From contig CAZWJU010000003.1 in assembly GCA_964634365.1 (NCBI GenBank), forward strand, positions 36,890 to 100,889: a DNA stretch of 64,000 nucleotides. Direction: 5' to 3'. Of this stretch, positions 1-10,417 are shown in pieces. The position numbers were made by a program, and so were the translations under genes. Each line of letters starts with the position of its first letter. Within the stretch, counting starts at the first letter, position 1. The notes under the pieces are model-generated. The model saw nothing but the letters and a program-made list of their open reading frames with translations. It did no database searches and was not told the DNA's origin. Source of the DNA: an uncultured Candidatus Saccharibacteria bacterium (lineage in GTDB: Bacteria; Patescibacteriota; Minisyncoccia; Phycocordibacterales; UBA9973).

Positions 1-7
1 ATACGCA

Positions 8-2056
8 TTAGATTTTATCGAAGAAGTATAGACTAACTTCTGGAAAAGATTTTATATTCTTGTCTATGTATGAGACCACTTGCTGACTCTTCTCTATATT
101 AGGATTCACTGCAAGTCCTTTTTGTGCCCACTCCCGAGCAAGATCAAATTTACCTTGATACAAAGATAAGACAGATTTCATCCAATACCCTTGTGGAATC
201 TCAGGATTCATTTCTATGGCTTTATCCAATACCAAACTTGCTTCATCGAGTCTGTCCACACCAAACAAATTGCTGTACATAAGCACATCTGCGTAGTTAA
301 AGTGTGCACGAATATCATTTGGATGTTTTTCTAGATAATCTTTGTATTCATTTGCAAATACTTCGAGTTCTTTTTTAAAGTTTTCTTGGTTTTTTGGATT
401 CTCAATTGATTTTGGATTTTCTGAAATCCCTCTTTGAAAATCAGTTGATGTTCTCCAGAGAAAAGATGGTAAGTCCATAGGTGAACCGAAAAGTACTGGG
501 TACATAGGCAATCTCTTCTCTGCACTTCCAACTGTTCTAATAGTTCCATTTACATGCTCAGCGCGAGCTATAGGTAAAGTTCCAGCGAAAAATGCCCAAC
601 CAAAATACCCTATCAGACAAATCGCGGCACCGTACTTAGCATACACAGGAACATCTATAGTATGTTTTTTATCTTTATTGTTTTCAATATAAGTTTTTCT
701 ATATAGATTTGAAGCAAGAGCAATCATAACAATCACAGCAACTAGAGATATAGTAGTATCGAAAGCTGTTTGAAGTTCAGCTAAGTGACCTAAAAAGTAA
801 ATTATCAATATAGAAGCTAGAGTCTGGTCTTTTTTATCTTTTGATTTTAAGAGCACATAAACTAGTGATCCTAGTACGACAAAGTACACTAGTAAATAAG
901 ACGCGAGACCAACATATCCAGTATCTACAGTCTGATCAATAAATACATTGTGTGCTCTGTCGAACCAAGCTTCGTTACCAAAACGCTCTTCTAGAAGCCT
1001 GTTGTCATAATTTTGTTCAAAGCCTCTATCAAAGTTATCAGTACCCCATCCAAATAGCGGCCTTTCCTTTATCATTTTAGTAGACAACTCCCATAGTATC
1101 GGTCTCGCGCTTGTTGCCTGACTCAAATAAACCTCTCGTAGGTATCCATCTTTAGTCAAAAATGATCTAGTTAGAAGAACAGAAGAGACGAGAGCGAGGA
1201 TTATAGAAAACCATACCAAACCTTTTCTTATTTTTACACTTGATATCTTTGATCCAAAGTAGAAAACGAGCAAGCCCACAACGGAAGCAAATATGACATA
1301 TGTGGTAGCGCGAGCTTCTCCGACAATTCCCATAGGATTAGATATCAAATCTACTTGTCCCTTCCAAACCTTTGAGTTTATGATGTATGGATTTATTAGA
1401 AATACAAAAGGCAATAATCTATACCACCATTTTTTATCTCCATCTTCTTTTGAGCGAATAAAATATATAGATAGTAGGAATGCTGCAAAAAGATACATTG
1501 CTGCAAAAGTCGAGTTTCCAAAAGTAAAACCATCCCATAGTTTTGTTTTAAATATAAATCCCAATCCTTCTGGACCCAAAAAAGATAGTACGGAATAAAC
1601 ACCAGTCGAAACCAAAAATACTTTCAAAAAATCCCTCTGTGTTTTATTGTCTTTAAATAAATATGATAAAAAGTAATAAAGCATAACGAGGTGAGAAAAG
1701 AAAAATATACCACTTACACGTGCTGCCTTAGACCAAAAAGATATAGATGGATCCACTCCTTGCAAACCAGTTATTATCAAAACAATAAAATACAAAGACA
1801 ATGCCATGGCTATAGGTGATTTAAAAAATTTAACTTCTTTGTCTTTTTTAAATAGTGTAAGCGCAAATACAATCGCCAAAATCTCAATTACAATCATCAG
1901 AAAAATAGCTCTAGAAGATGTTCCATTGTATAGATAACCTTTAAATAAAACTATTGGGAAAAGCGCTATAAAACCGAGTAGAGTGTAGTTAATAAAATTG
2001 AATATACCGCTTTTTAATTGATTTTTAGACATGCTTTTATTATACGCACCATTCAC
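8..2056 (-). CDS. Polytopic membrane protein with an O-antigen ligase (Wzy_C)-like core and C-terminal TPR repeats
   Basis: Many TM helices precede an AHNVFIDQTVDTGYVGL ligase-like periplasmic loop motif. The C-terminal ~150 aa are TPR-like. An alternative start at MSKNQ (~2034) is possible. Confidence 0.6.
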   Translation of the reverse strand: MNGAYNKSMSKNQLKSGIFNFINYTLLGFIALFPIVLFKGYLYNGTSSRAIFLMIVIEILAIVFALTLFKKDKEVKFFKSPIAMALSLYFIVLIITGLQGVDPSISFWSKAARVSGIFFFSHLVMLYYFLSYLFKDNKTQRDFLKVFLVSTGVYSVLSFLGPEGLGFIFKTKLWDGFTFGNSTFAAMYLFAAFLLSIYFIRSKEDGDKKWWYRLLPFVFLINPYIINSKVWKGQVDLISNPMGIVGEARATTYVIFASVVGLLVFYFGSKISSVKIRKGLVWFSIILALVSSVLLTRSFLTKDGYLREVYLSQATSARPILWELSTKMIKERPLFGWGTDNFDRGFEQNYDNRLLEERFGNEAWFDRAHNVFIDQTVDTGYVGLASYLLVYFVVLGSLVYVLLKSKDKKDQTLASILIIYFLGHLAELQTAFDTTISLVAVIVMIALASNLYRKTYIENNKDKKHTIDVPVYAKYGAAICLIGYFGWAFFAGTLPIARAEHVNGTIRTVGSAEKRLPMYPVLFGSPMDLPSFLWRTSTDFQRGISENPKSIENPKNQENFKKELEVFANEYKDYLEKHPNDIRAHFNYADVLMYSNLFGVDRLDEASLVLDKAIEMNPEIPQGYWMKSVLSLYQGKFDLAREWAQKGLAVNPNIEKSQQVVSYIDKNIKSFPEVSLYFFDKI

Positions 2057-2065
2057 CCAAAAACA

Positions 2066-2098
2066 ACAAAACCGCCCCGAAGGGCGGTTTTGTTTACC
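2066..2098. terminator. Bidirectional intrinsic terminator hairpin (ccgcccc gaa gggcgg) flanked by A/T runs
   Basis: GC hairpin with A-tract and T-tract flanks, lying between two converging minus-strand genes. Confidence 0.55.
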
Positions 2099-2127
2099 TG
2101 TAAAGATCTACAGATTCAAATTAGAGA

Positions 2128-4131
2128 CTAGTTAAGACCTATGTATGCAGTCTTGAATGAGTCAAGGTTTGAAGTGTAAGAGTTACTTGGTGTAGAGTCT
2201 GTTGATGTTGTTGTCCATCGGATTCCAGACAATGCAGCTCTGAATAGACCTGCTGCTCCTGAAGTAGGAAGCTGTGCAGTTGTTGTCAATTCAAATGTAT
2301 TCTCTTCACCTTCTGTAAGTTCAAATAGACCTACAGATGTTAGATCAGTATCAGTTGTGTTAACAAGTACAGTTGAAACTCCACCTGTTGTTGCAGTACC
2401 TGCACGATCAACAGTTACAGAAGTTTTACCGTCTGTGTTTGCACCAGTTGTAGCATCAGCAAGTGAAGCGATGTAAACTGTATCACCTACAGCTTCTACC
2501 TTGTACTTGATGATGAATGTGCCTTGGTCATCGTTTGCTGATGTACCTGCAGCTATTGATGTTGAAGTTGATACTAGAGTAACCATGATTCCGTTTGAGC
2601 GAAGCTGTTGAGCTTCACCTGTAGCAGTACCAGATTTCTCTGATGCATCAGAAAGTTGATCACCTTCTTCATCTTCAGCATCCATAACGTCACGGTTTGA
2701 TGCAGTGAAAGATGCAGTCAATGTGTCTCCTTCTACGAATACAGTTCCATCTATATCTTGTATATCAGCTAGAACTTCGAAGTCTACTGTATCACCAGCA
2801 GAAACTGTGAAGTCTAGGTTATCAAATACGATTGTACCTGTAAGAGCAGCAGTAAGAGTCATTGTCTCTGTGTATTCCTCACCGTCAATTATCAACTTAA
2901 CAGATGTAGCGATATCATCGATACCGTTAGCAGTTCCTGATGAAGTTGCTGTGAAAGTAACTGGGAATGTGTCGATAAGAACATCTGAATCACCTTCTAG
3001 TTCAAGAGTTCCCTTTAGAAGAGATACGTCATCTGTAGAATCTGTATCACTAACTAGAGCGATTCCAGCATCTGGTGTATCTGAATCTAGTGTAACTACT
3101 AGTTCAGTATCAGCAGAATCTGAGAATGAAACGAAGTCCATAGGAACATCCATTCCTGGCATGTCACCTGTTGAGTCATCAGTTGTTGTAACACCTGATC
3201 CGTCAACGAATCTGATATTTAGAACATCAACATTCCATACATCTCCAGTAATATCTGCAGAATCAAATGTGTTTACAGCATTAACTAAGATGTAAAAAGT
3301 CTCAGTTTCATCTGCTCTTATAACAGCACCATCAATTGATATTGTTCTTGTGTAGATATCAGATGATTCTGTGAATTCATCAACATCAGCTGAGCCAACT
3401 TCTTCGTCGCCCATCATAATTGAAACTGAATCAATGTAATCATCTAGGTGTGTTGAGCCAGTACTTGTACTTGGATCGAATTGAATCTTCATAGATGTGA
3501 TTTCGATATCACCATCGTTTGTAGCTTCAACTTCGAAAGCTGCAACCTTAACATCATCTTGTCCTTCACCGATCTCTTCGTCGTTGTAAGAACCAAGTTC
3601 TGTAACACTAGAGATATCTCCGAAAGATCCTGCTAGAGGTCCAGTTGGAGTTGTTCCTCCTGCACATGAAGCTCCAGTTGTAGGAGAGAATCCTACTGTT
3701 GAAGTACATCCTGCTGGAAGAGTTGTAGTTGAAGCACATGAAGCACCAGTTGTTACACTGTAGCCTGTGTTTGAAGTACATCCTGCTGGGTATGAGCCAG
3801 TAGCTGCACCGTTGATAGATGCTGCAGTCATAGGACCAACAACACCATCAGCAGTCAAACCATGAGCTGATTGATAAGCAACAACAGCAGCTTTAGTCAT
3901 AGGACCAAAGTTACCGTCTACTGTAAGACCTCCAAGAGCTGACTGAAGGTTCATTACTTGTGTTCCACTTGAGCCTAGTTTTAGACTTGGTGGAACTGTA
4001 ACCATAGCAGATGAAACTTTAGCTAGTGCAAAAACTGCAACAAAAGCGAAAGCAACAACTGCGAATTTTGTAAATTTACTCATAATTAAAATTATCCTTT
4101 TTAATCGCCGCGTGGTATTTTTCTTTATCAA
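2128..4131 (-). CDS. Cell-surface protein: N-terminal signal/anchor, peptidoglycan-binding (PG_binding_1-like) domain, two Cys-containing PAGCTS repeats, long acidic Thr/Asp/Ser-rich region
   Basis: MSKFTKFAVVAFAFVAV signal/TM. GNFGPMTKAAVVAYQSAHGLTADGVVGPMT is PG-binding-like. Tandem repeats PAGCTSNTGYSVTTGASCA / PAGCTSTVGFSPTTGASCA. The rest is D/T/S-rich low complexity. Confidence 0.6.
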   Translation of the reverse strand: MIKKNTTRRLKRIILIMSKFTKFAVVAFAFVAVFALAKVSSAMVTVPPSLKLGSSGTQVMNLQSALGGLTVDGNFGPMTKAAVVAYQSAHGLTADGVVGPMTAASINGAATGSYPAGCTSNTGYSVTTGASCASTTTLPAGCTSTVGFSPTTGASCAGGTTPTGPLAGSFGDISSVTELGSYNDEEIGEGQDDVKVAAFEVEATNDGDIEITSMKIQFDPSTSTGSTHLDDYIDSVSIMMGDEEVGSADVDEFTESSDIYTRTISIDGAVIRADETETFYILVNAVNTFDSADITGDVWNVDVLNIRFVDGSGVTTTDDSTGDMPGMDVPMDFVSFSDSADTELVVTLDSDTPDAGIALVSDTDSTDDVSLLKGTLELEGDSDVLIDTFPVTFTATSSGTANGIDDIATSVKLIIDGEEYTETMTLTAALTGTIVFDNLDFTVSAGDTVDFEVLADIQDIDGTVFVEGDTLTASFTASNRDVMDAEDEEGDQLSDASEKSGTATGEAQQLRSNGIMVTLVSTSTSIAAGTSANDDQGTFIIKYKVEAVGDTVYIASLADATTGANTDGKTSVTVDRAGTATTGGVSTVLVNTTDTDLTSVGLFELTEGEENTFELTTTAQLPTSGAAGLFRAALSGIRWTTTSTDSTPSNSYTSNLDSFKTAYIGLN

Positions 4132-4321
4132 AAATACTCGCTAGCCATACACGTAATTAATAGTCTAGTTTCGACGAAACTAAATTGGTGTGTATGTTGT
4201 GCCCGACACTTAATGTCGCACACTGTTCAGGCACTTAATTAAGGTGTCTGAACCTTTTGAATTCCCCGATAGGGAGAACTCATTCTGCCTTGTCGACAGG
4301 GCATATTTATCAGTATGTCGC

Positions 4322-4362
4322 CAAGTGAAAAACAAAAACATCGCGCCAATAAATTGGTCGCG
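4322..4362 (-). terminator. Minus-strand intrinsic terminator inside the long intergenic region
   Basis: On the minus strand, the hairpin cgcgaccaatttattggcgcg is followed by AUGUUUUUGUUUUU. Confidence 0.45.
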
Positions 4363-4687
4363 AAAAAATATTTGATTTTCAATGAGCGATCATATTGAAA
4401 CTAAACACTGTTCTTGTTTATGTTCCTATCAACAAACAACAAGAACGTTCTGGCAGTATAGCATATTCTTTAAAAATACGCCACAACTGCACGTATTCAT
4501 TATAAATCTATATGCTATTAAAAACATAAGGATTTATGTGGATAACCTGTTAAATAGCAAGCTATTTTAGGAATCCATGAACACTGAAGCATTCCGGTCT
4601 CTGTAAGTGTCTCCACGAACAAACAGACCTAGTCTAGCTTCATATAAATAGACGATATATAGTATGTATTTCTTACATACAAAAAAC

Positions 4688-5602
4688 CTAAATTAGTGAG
4701 TATCTGGACCAACGCTTCTCCCCTGTCTTTTTGAGTATCTTGTCCTTTACAAGCGCTGTAAGCTCGCGCTGAAGTGTCTTTTCGCTGCAGTTTTTTACGA
4801 TTAAAGAAATGTCCTTTACAGTAACTGAACTGTTGTTCTTGAGTGCTAATAGTATTGAATTTCTTCGCTCATTTTTTATAGCAATATCTATTTTTTTAGA
4901 CTGACCGACAAGCTTGTCTTTTTTAGACTCTAGATTTGTGTCCTTTATGTTTTTTATATTATTTTGTCCTTTACTGAAATCTCTTACTGGATTAGACTGA
5001 TGACCTTGACCGTTAGATTTATTTAAAAATATTTTCAAAATATTATCCTCTTCGAGCGATTCTATCGGACCATCTTTTAAAATTTCCTGTGAATTAAAAG
5101 TAAAGTTTTTTAGAAAATCAGCTCTTTCAACATCAAGTGATCTTAAACCTTCTACTGTAAAAAGAGACTTATTGTTTTGATTTCTAAGCATAGCAAGATC
5201 ACTAGAAAGTTTTGTTAGTTCACGCATTAAAATACCACTATTCATAGTCCCAACTAGACCAACTATTTGAGATATTTCCAACAAAGAAAGAATACTCCTA
5301 GTCATCTGTTCAGCAGATTCAATCTCAAAATTTGTCTTTATGGCTGTTTTATTGTCCGTTATACCGATAGTTTTTAGTAGATCTAAAGAAGATGTCCTTA
5401 ATGAGTTTTTCATAGGCTCCGCATCCTCTATGCACTCTGTAACCATATAAATAGCAGTTACTATTTTTTGTGTCCTTTTCAATAGAGATACCGCCTTGGT
5501 ATTTTGTGCTTTATTATCAATAGAAAAAGCCACAGGTTCTGTATGACCTATACTTTTATCTCCAGTATTAACATCAGGCGAAATGTCCTTTTTAGTATCC
5601 AT
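4688..5602 (-). CDS. Hypothetical protein with C-terminal winged-helix DNA-binding domain
   Basis: The C-terminus ILLALKNNSSVTVKDISLIVKNCSEKTLQRELTALVKDKILKKTGEKRWSRYSL resembles wHTH (DeoR/MarR-like). The gene is divergent from ftsK. Confidence 0.45.
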   Translation of the reverse strand: MDTKKDISPDVNTGDKSIGHTEPVAFSIDNKAQNTKAVSLLKRTQKIVTAIYMVTECIEDAEPMKNSLRTSSLDLLKTIGITDNKTAIKTNFEIESAEQMTRSILSLLEISQIVGLVGTMNSGILMRELTKLSSDLAMLRNQNNKSLFTVEGLRSLDVERADFLKNFTFNSQEILKDGPIESLEEDNILKIFLNKSNGQGHQSNPVRDFSKGQNNIKNIKDTNLESKKDKLVGQSKKIDIAIKNERRNSILLALKNNSSVTVKDISLIVKNCSEKTLQRELTALVKDKILKKTGEKRWSRYSLI

Positions 5603-5746
5603 GTCTTTAATAAAATAGATGTGTCCTTGATAAAATTCGGCTCACTTAAAATCGTGTCCATTATATATGAGACACTGCACTTTTGTAAAGCAAATGCTAA
5701 AATAGCTTTATAAAATAAAAGTAAAAATGTTATACTAATATCTATC

Positions 5747-7918
5747 ATGGCAAAAAAGATCGCTAAAAATAGCAAGAAAAATGAGGTTAGCAAAAAACCA
5801 CCCACATCTAGATTAAAAGATGAAACAAAAAACGGAGTTTACGCAATCTTGTGTCTGGCTATAGCGTTTTTTTTACTTTTATCTCTTTGGAATAATGCGG
5901 GGGTAGCAGGCTCATTCTTCTACAATCTTTTCTCAAAATTATTGGGTGTTGGGTACTATCTGTTACCAATATTTTCTATTGCACTTGGAATATCTTTTCT
6001 TAGATCAGAGAGACCTAGTCTTGCCCTAACTCACTCAATAGGGACCGGACTATTTTTCATATCAATTTTAGGAATCATCGATATAGTTGTTTCATCAAAT
6101 ACATTAGCGGGCGGATATATCGGACGAATAATCGCATGGCCATTTGTTGCACTATTTGATACATATGCAAGTATTTTATTTTTAGGAGCGCTATTAATCA
6201 TCTCAATATTCGTACTATTTGATACTAGACCAAACATGGGAGAGCTTCCTGTTCGTGTTAGAAATTTCTTGTTTGGTAAAAAAGAAGAGGATGAGGAAGA
6301 TCGTACTGAAGCTTATATGGCTAAACAAGACGATCAAGTAAGTCCTGAACCTGAAAAAATAGAAGAAGTAAAAAAATCTGATTCAGACACAAAGAAAAAA
6401 GAAACAAAAGAATCCGTGCAAGAAGAAGATTTTGTGTTTGCTAAAACAAAAAATAAATCTGAGTCTTATACTCCCCCACCACTATCACTTCTTGAGGCAG
6501 ATAGGGGCAAGCCAAATGTTGGAGACATAAAAGCAAATGCAAATATAATCCAGCGTACTTTGGCAAACTTCGGAATCATAGTTGAGATGGATGAGATCAC
6601 TACCGGACCTACTGTAACTAGATATGCACTCAAGCCTGCACAGGGTGTAAAACTTTCACGCATCGCAGCGCTACAAAACGATCTTGCACTCGCACTTGCT
6701 GCTCACCCAATACGCATGGAGCTACCTATACCAGGCAAATCACTTGTTGGAATCGAGATTCCAAACAAAACAAAATCTACTGTTGGATTAGGAGCGCTGC
6801 TCGCAGATCCAAATTTTATAAACTCTCCTAAGCCTCTAATGTTCGCACTCGGTAGAAATGTTGCAGGTAGACCCACTCATATAAACATAGCCAAAGCTCC
6901 ACACGCTCTGATTGCTGGTACAACTGGATCCGGTAAGTCTGTAACCATACACGCACTTATCACTTCCCTACTGTATAGAAACGGACCAGAAGATTTGAAA
7001 TTTATAATGGTTGACCCTAAGCGCGTAGAGTTAACTCTATACAATAAAATCCCTCATTTACTTACACCTGTTATCACTGATGCTAAAAAGTGTATCTTAG
7101 CTCTAAAATGGGCAGCAAAAGAGATGGAAAGACGCTATGACATACTACAGGGTCATTCTGTGCGAGATATTGAGTCATATCACGACAATATATATGCTAA
7201 AAAATCAAAAGACGAGAGTGCAGACAGGATGCCTTATATAGTTATAATTATCGACGAATTGGCTGATATTATGCAGGCTTATCCAAGAGAACTTGAAAGT
7301 GCGATAGTTCGCCTCGCTCAGATGTCCCGTGCTGTCGGTATACACCTGATACTCTCAACTCAACGTCCTGAGGTAAACGTTATAACAGGACTTATCAAGG
7401 CCAACATCCCTACTCGTATCGCTCTACGTGTCCCTACACAAGTAGACTCTCGAACAATTCTAGACACAAGTGGTGCAGAAAAACTTTTGGGAGCTGGAGA
7501 TATGCTCTTCTCGGGTGGAGAGGGTCAGCCAGAACGCTTGCAGTCTGCTTTTATATCAGAAGATGAGGTTAAAAAAGTTGTTAAATACTTGTCTGAAGCA
7601 TTTAAAAATGAAGTTCCTGGAGATGATATTGCCTTCTCTGGCCCCCTAACAAGCGAACCTAGTATATTTAGCGCAAATCTAGAAAGTGACGATAGTGAAG
7701 GCGATGATCTGTATGAAGAAGCTAGACAAATAGTTATAGAGACTCAAAAAGCTTCGACTTCATTCCTCCAGAGAAAACTGGGTATAGGATACGCACGAGC
7801 TGCAAGACTGATAGATATACTCGAAGAAAGAGGTATCGTAGGCCCTGGAAACGGAGCAAAACCTAGAGAAGTACTAGAAAAAACAGCGGAAGCAGAGCAG
7901 TCTACTTTTAGTGGATAA
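5747..7918 (+). CDS. ftsK: DNA translocase FtsK/SpoIIIE
   Basis: N-terminal TM helices, Walker A GTTGSGKS, Walker B IIIDELAD, and a C-terminal gamma wHTH domain (QRKLGIGYARAARLIDILEERGIV). Confidence 0.92.
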   Translation: MAKKIAKNSKKNEVSKKPPTSRLKDETKNGVYAILCLAIAFFLLLSLWNNAGVAGSFFYNLFSKLLGVGYYLLPIFSIALGISFLRSERPSLALTHSIGTGLFFISILGIIDIVVSSNTLAGGYIGRIIAWPFVALFDTYASILFLGALLIISIFVLFDTRPNMGELPVRVRNFLFGKKEEDEEDRTEAYMAKQDDQVSPEPEKIEEVKKSDSDTKKKETKESVQEEDFVFAKTKNKSESYTPPPLSLLEADRGKPNVGDIKANANIIQRTLANFGIIVEMDEITTGPTVTRYALKPAQGVKLSRIAALQNDLALALAAHPIRMELPIPGKSLVGIEIPNKTKSTVGLGALLADPNFINSPKPLMFALGRNVAGRPTHINIAKAPHALIAGTTGSGKSVTIHALITSLLYRNGPEDLKFIMVDPKRVELTLYNKIPHLLTPVITDAKKCILALKWAAKEMERRYDILQGHSVRDIESYHDNIYAKKSKDESADRMPYIVIIIDELADIMQAYPRELESAIVRLAQMSRAVGIHLILSTQRPEVNVITGLIKANIPTRIALRVPTQVDSRTILDTSGAEKLLGAGDMLFSGGEGQPERLQSAFISEDEVKKVVKYLSEAFKNEVPGDDIAFSGPLTSEPSIFSANLESDDSEGDDLYEEARQIVIETQKASTSFLQRKLGIGYARAARLIDILEERGIVGPGNGAKPREVLEKTAEAEQSTFSG

Positions 7919-7920
7919 AT

Positions 7921-8274
7921 ATGACTTTTAAACAAAAAACTGGCTTAGGTGCAGGTATAGTATTTGGAATAATAGTCTTTTTGTATGCAATCTTCAGACT
8001 CCACGATCTAATATTTGGCATAAACATAAAAATCGAGGGTATATCGGACGGGATGATTGTCACAGACCCAAATATACAAATAAATGGAAATGCAAGAAGA
8101 GCTAGCTTTGTGACACTGAACGGAAACGAAGTGTTTATCTCAAAAGAAGGAGATTTTAGTGAACCAATAGTGCTTTTACCGGGAGAGAATGTGGTATCAT
8201 TGTATGTGAAAGATAAATTCGGTAAAGACACAACCGAAATATATAAAGTAGTCTATTTAGTAAATAATCAATAA
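7921..8274 (+). CDS. Small membrane-anchored hypothetical protein, translationally coupled to ftsK
   Basis: Its start lies 3 nt after the ftsK stop. One N-terminal TM helix. Confidence 0.4.
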   Translation: MTFKQKTGLGAGIVFGIIVFLYAIFRLHDLIFGINIKIEGISDGMIVTDPNIQINGNARRASFVTLNGNEVFISKEGDFSEPIVLLPGENVVSLYVKDKFGKDTTEIYKVVYLVNNQ

Positions 8275-8278
8275 ATTT

Positions 8279-9337
8279 ATGGCATTCAAAAAAACAGCCC
8301 CAAAAGAAAAGAAACAATCTGGTATGGAAATCGAAGATACAATCCGCTCTATTCAAACAAAATTTGGAGAAGGTGCGATTATGAAACTCGGCGACACACC
8401 GAAAGTGGATATAAATACTATTTCAACAGGCTCACTCGGGCTTGATATGGCTCTTGGAGTAGGTGGTGTTCCCCGCGGACGTATCATAGAGATATTTGGG
8501 CCAGAATCTTCTGGTAAAACAACTCTTGCTCTACATATAGTTGCTGAAGCGCAAAAAACTGGTGGAGTTTGTGCATACATAGACGCAGAACACGCAATGG
8601 ATCCAGTTTATGCAAAAAATCTTGGGGTTAAAACAAACGAACTTCTAATATCTCAACCAGACACAGGAGAGCAAGGTTTGGAAATCTGTGAGTCACTAGT
8701 TCGCTCTGGAAAAATAGATGTAGTAGTAATAGACTCAGTAGCAGCTCTAACACCAAAAGATGAAATCGAAGGTGACATGGGAGCTCAGCATGTTGGTAAA
8801 CAAGCTCGCCTGATGTCTCAAGCACTCAGAAAGCTTACAGCAATCGTAGCCAGATCAAAAACAACAGTTATATTCATAAACCAAATCCGTATGCAGATTG
8901 GTGTTATGTTCGGAAATCCTGAAACTACACCTGGAGGAAAAGCTCTAAAATTCTATACATCTGTTCGCCTAGATATCCGTCGCATAGCTCAAATTAAAAA
9001 AGGTGAAGAAGTGGTCGGAGGTCGCACACGAGTAAAAGTAGTGAAAAACAAAGTTGCCTCCCCTTTCAAGCAAACAGAGTTCGACATAATATACGGTGAA
9101 GGTATCTCACGTGAAGGTGAGCTAATGGCCCTCGGAGAAAAGCTAGGGATTATAACCAAATCAACTGGTGGATCATATGAATACAAAGGCAAAGATGGTG
9201 AGGGTGGAGTAAAACTTGGACGTGGATATGATGCAACAAGAACATTTTTGAAAGAAAATTCAAAACTATCAAACGAAATATTGAAACAAATTAAATCTCG
9301 TTTTGGAGAAATACAGGTTTCAAGTAGTGGAGAATAA
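8279..9337 (+). CDS. recA: Recombinase RecA
   Basis: [16 protein letters not shown] Walker A and a full RecA-length alignment. Confidence 0.95.
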   Translation: MAFKKTAPKEKKQSGMEIEDTIRSIQTKFGEGAIMKLGDTPKVDINTISTGSLGLDMALGVGGVPRGRIIEIFGPESSGKTTLALHIVAEAQKTGGVCAYIDAEHAMDPVYAKNLGVKTNELLISQPDTGEQGLEICESLVRSGKIDVVVIDSVAALTPKDEIEGDMGAQHVGKQARLMSQALRKLTAIVARSKTTVIFINQIRMQIGVMFGNPETTPGGKALKFYTSVRLDIRRIAQIKKGEEVVGGRTRVKVVKNKVASPFKQTEFDIIYGEGISREGELMALGEKLGIITKSTGGSYEYKGKDGEGGVKLGRGYDATRTFLKENSKLSNEILKQIKSRFGEIQVSSSGE

Positions 9338-9353
9338 GATATATATAAAAGAT

Positions 9354-9377
9354 AAAACCCGCCTTTGGCGGGTTTTT
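9354..9377. terminator. Intrinsic terminator aaaacccgcctttggcgggttttt
   Basis: GC hairpin plus T-run after recA. Confidence 0.7.
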
Positions 9378-9385
9378 GATTAAAT

Positions 9386-10021
9386 TTAAGCATTCCCCTC
9401 TTCGAGAAGAATCTCCTTCCATTTTTTCAGATAGAGCAAAAAATTATCGGTTTCTTCATAGTAATCTTCAATTTCTCCACCCTCATCATCTTTTGTCATA
9501 TCAAACTCATTCTTTTCAGCAACTCCTTTAAATAAGCCGAAAAATTGATACTGCTGCTTGGTCACCACGCGTTTCGTTTTCGCGAGAACCTTTGGGTCAG
9601 ATAAATACTCAAGATGTATCATGTCTTCACGAGACATACCGACTTCTTGAAGAGTCCGAAAAAGCTCCACTTTGGACAAGCCAGATATTGGGCAGAAATA
9701 CTCAACATAGTCAGACCAGTGATTATTGTCGCTATCGAGTCCTGCCTCTGAATAATCTTCTTTAATTACCATGAGTTCATCTGTTATATCTTTACCGGAC
9801 TTTCCAGTTATAACCCGAGCAATAAGTCCTATATTGCAAGCATGGTATTCACGCCAATTATGAGACAGTGTACCAGCTTCGAGCTCTTTTATTACAGCAT
9901 CGATAGCGTCAATAAGTTTTTGTTTTACCATAAGATCTTTTTTTTTGATTATATATACATATTGAAAAATGTCAAAAAAACAAAAACCCTTGCGGGTTTT
10001 AGAGATTTTACATAAACACAC
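9386..10021 (-). CDS. Hypothetical acidic protein; true start probably MVKQKL at ~9931
   Basis: A terminator hairpin (aaacccttgcgggttt, ~9985-10003) lies inside the long ORF version, which favours the internal start. Confidence 0.4.
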   Translation of the reverse strand: MCLCKISKTRKGFCFFDIFQYVYIIKKKDLMVKQKLIDAIDAVIKELEAGTLSHNWREYHACNIGLIARVITGKSGKDITDELMVIKEDYSEAGLDSDNNHWSDYVEYFCPISGLSKVELFRTLQEVGMSREDMIHLEYLSDPKVLAKTKRVVTKQQYQFFGLFKGVAEKNEFDMTKDDEGGEIEDYYEETDNFLLYLKKWKEILLEEGNA

Positions 10022-10328
10022 TATCTATTGTGTTTATTTTATTATTTTCAACTATATATTTTATATATTCATTGAAAATATATCTTAAAAGAAAAGCAAA
10101 TATCATTATGGCAATCACCAAAACAAACTGCTTGTTATCAATAGTAGAATAGACAACATGAGCAATTTTTCTAGAGGCAAAAGCTAAGCACATCACTCCT
10201 GTTACGGTAAAAAATGGACTCCATATATCATTTGATTTACCAAGATACTCCCCTGCTAATGCGTAGAATATTCCAACAAAATACATGCATATATAAAATA
10301 CAAGAATCAAAAAACTAGGTAATTCCAT
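10008..10328 (-). CDS. Hypothetical small membrane protein
   Basis: Three predicted TM helices; no recognisable motif. Confidence 0.4.
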   Translation of the reverse strand: MELPSFLILVFYICMYFVGIFYALAGEYLGKSNDIWSPFFTVTGVMCLAFASRKIAHVVYSTIDNKQFVLVIAIMIFAFLLRYIFNEYIKYIVENNKINTIDSVFM

Positions 10329-10417
10329 ATAGATGATTTTTCTAAATTGTACTACTTAATTAAAATATATCAACCAAAAATAAAAACCATCAATCTAGAC
10401 GGTTTTAAGAGTGCCTA

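Noticed and set aside
2705-3295. 196-aa plus-strand ORF inside the surface-protein gene. Similar antisense ORFs occur at 1293..1598, 13673..14087, 32969..33364 and 41935..42570.
   Set aside because: They lie fully within stronger minus-strand genes of clear homology. They are low-complexity antisense translations of S/T/D-rich or AT-rich coding sequence.
4132-4687. Possible RNase P RNA, tmRNA, SRP RNA or 6S RNA in the long non-coding region
   Set aside because: None of the universally conserved motifs was found on either strand: GGAAAGUCCGG for RNase P, the tmRNA tag-reading frame plus CCA end, or the SRP GGAA tetraloop helix. It is kept only as an uncharacterised regulatory or sRNA candidate.
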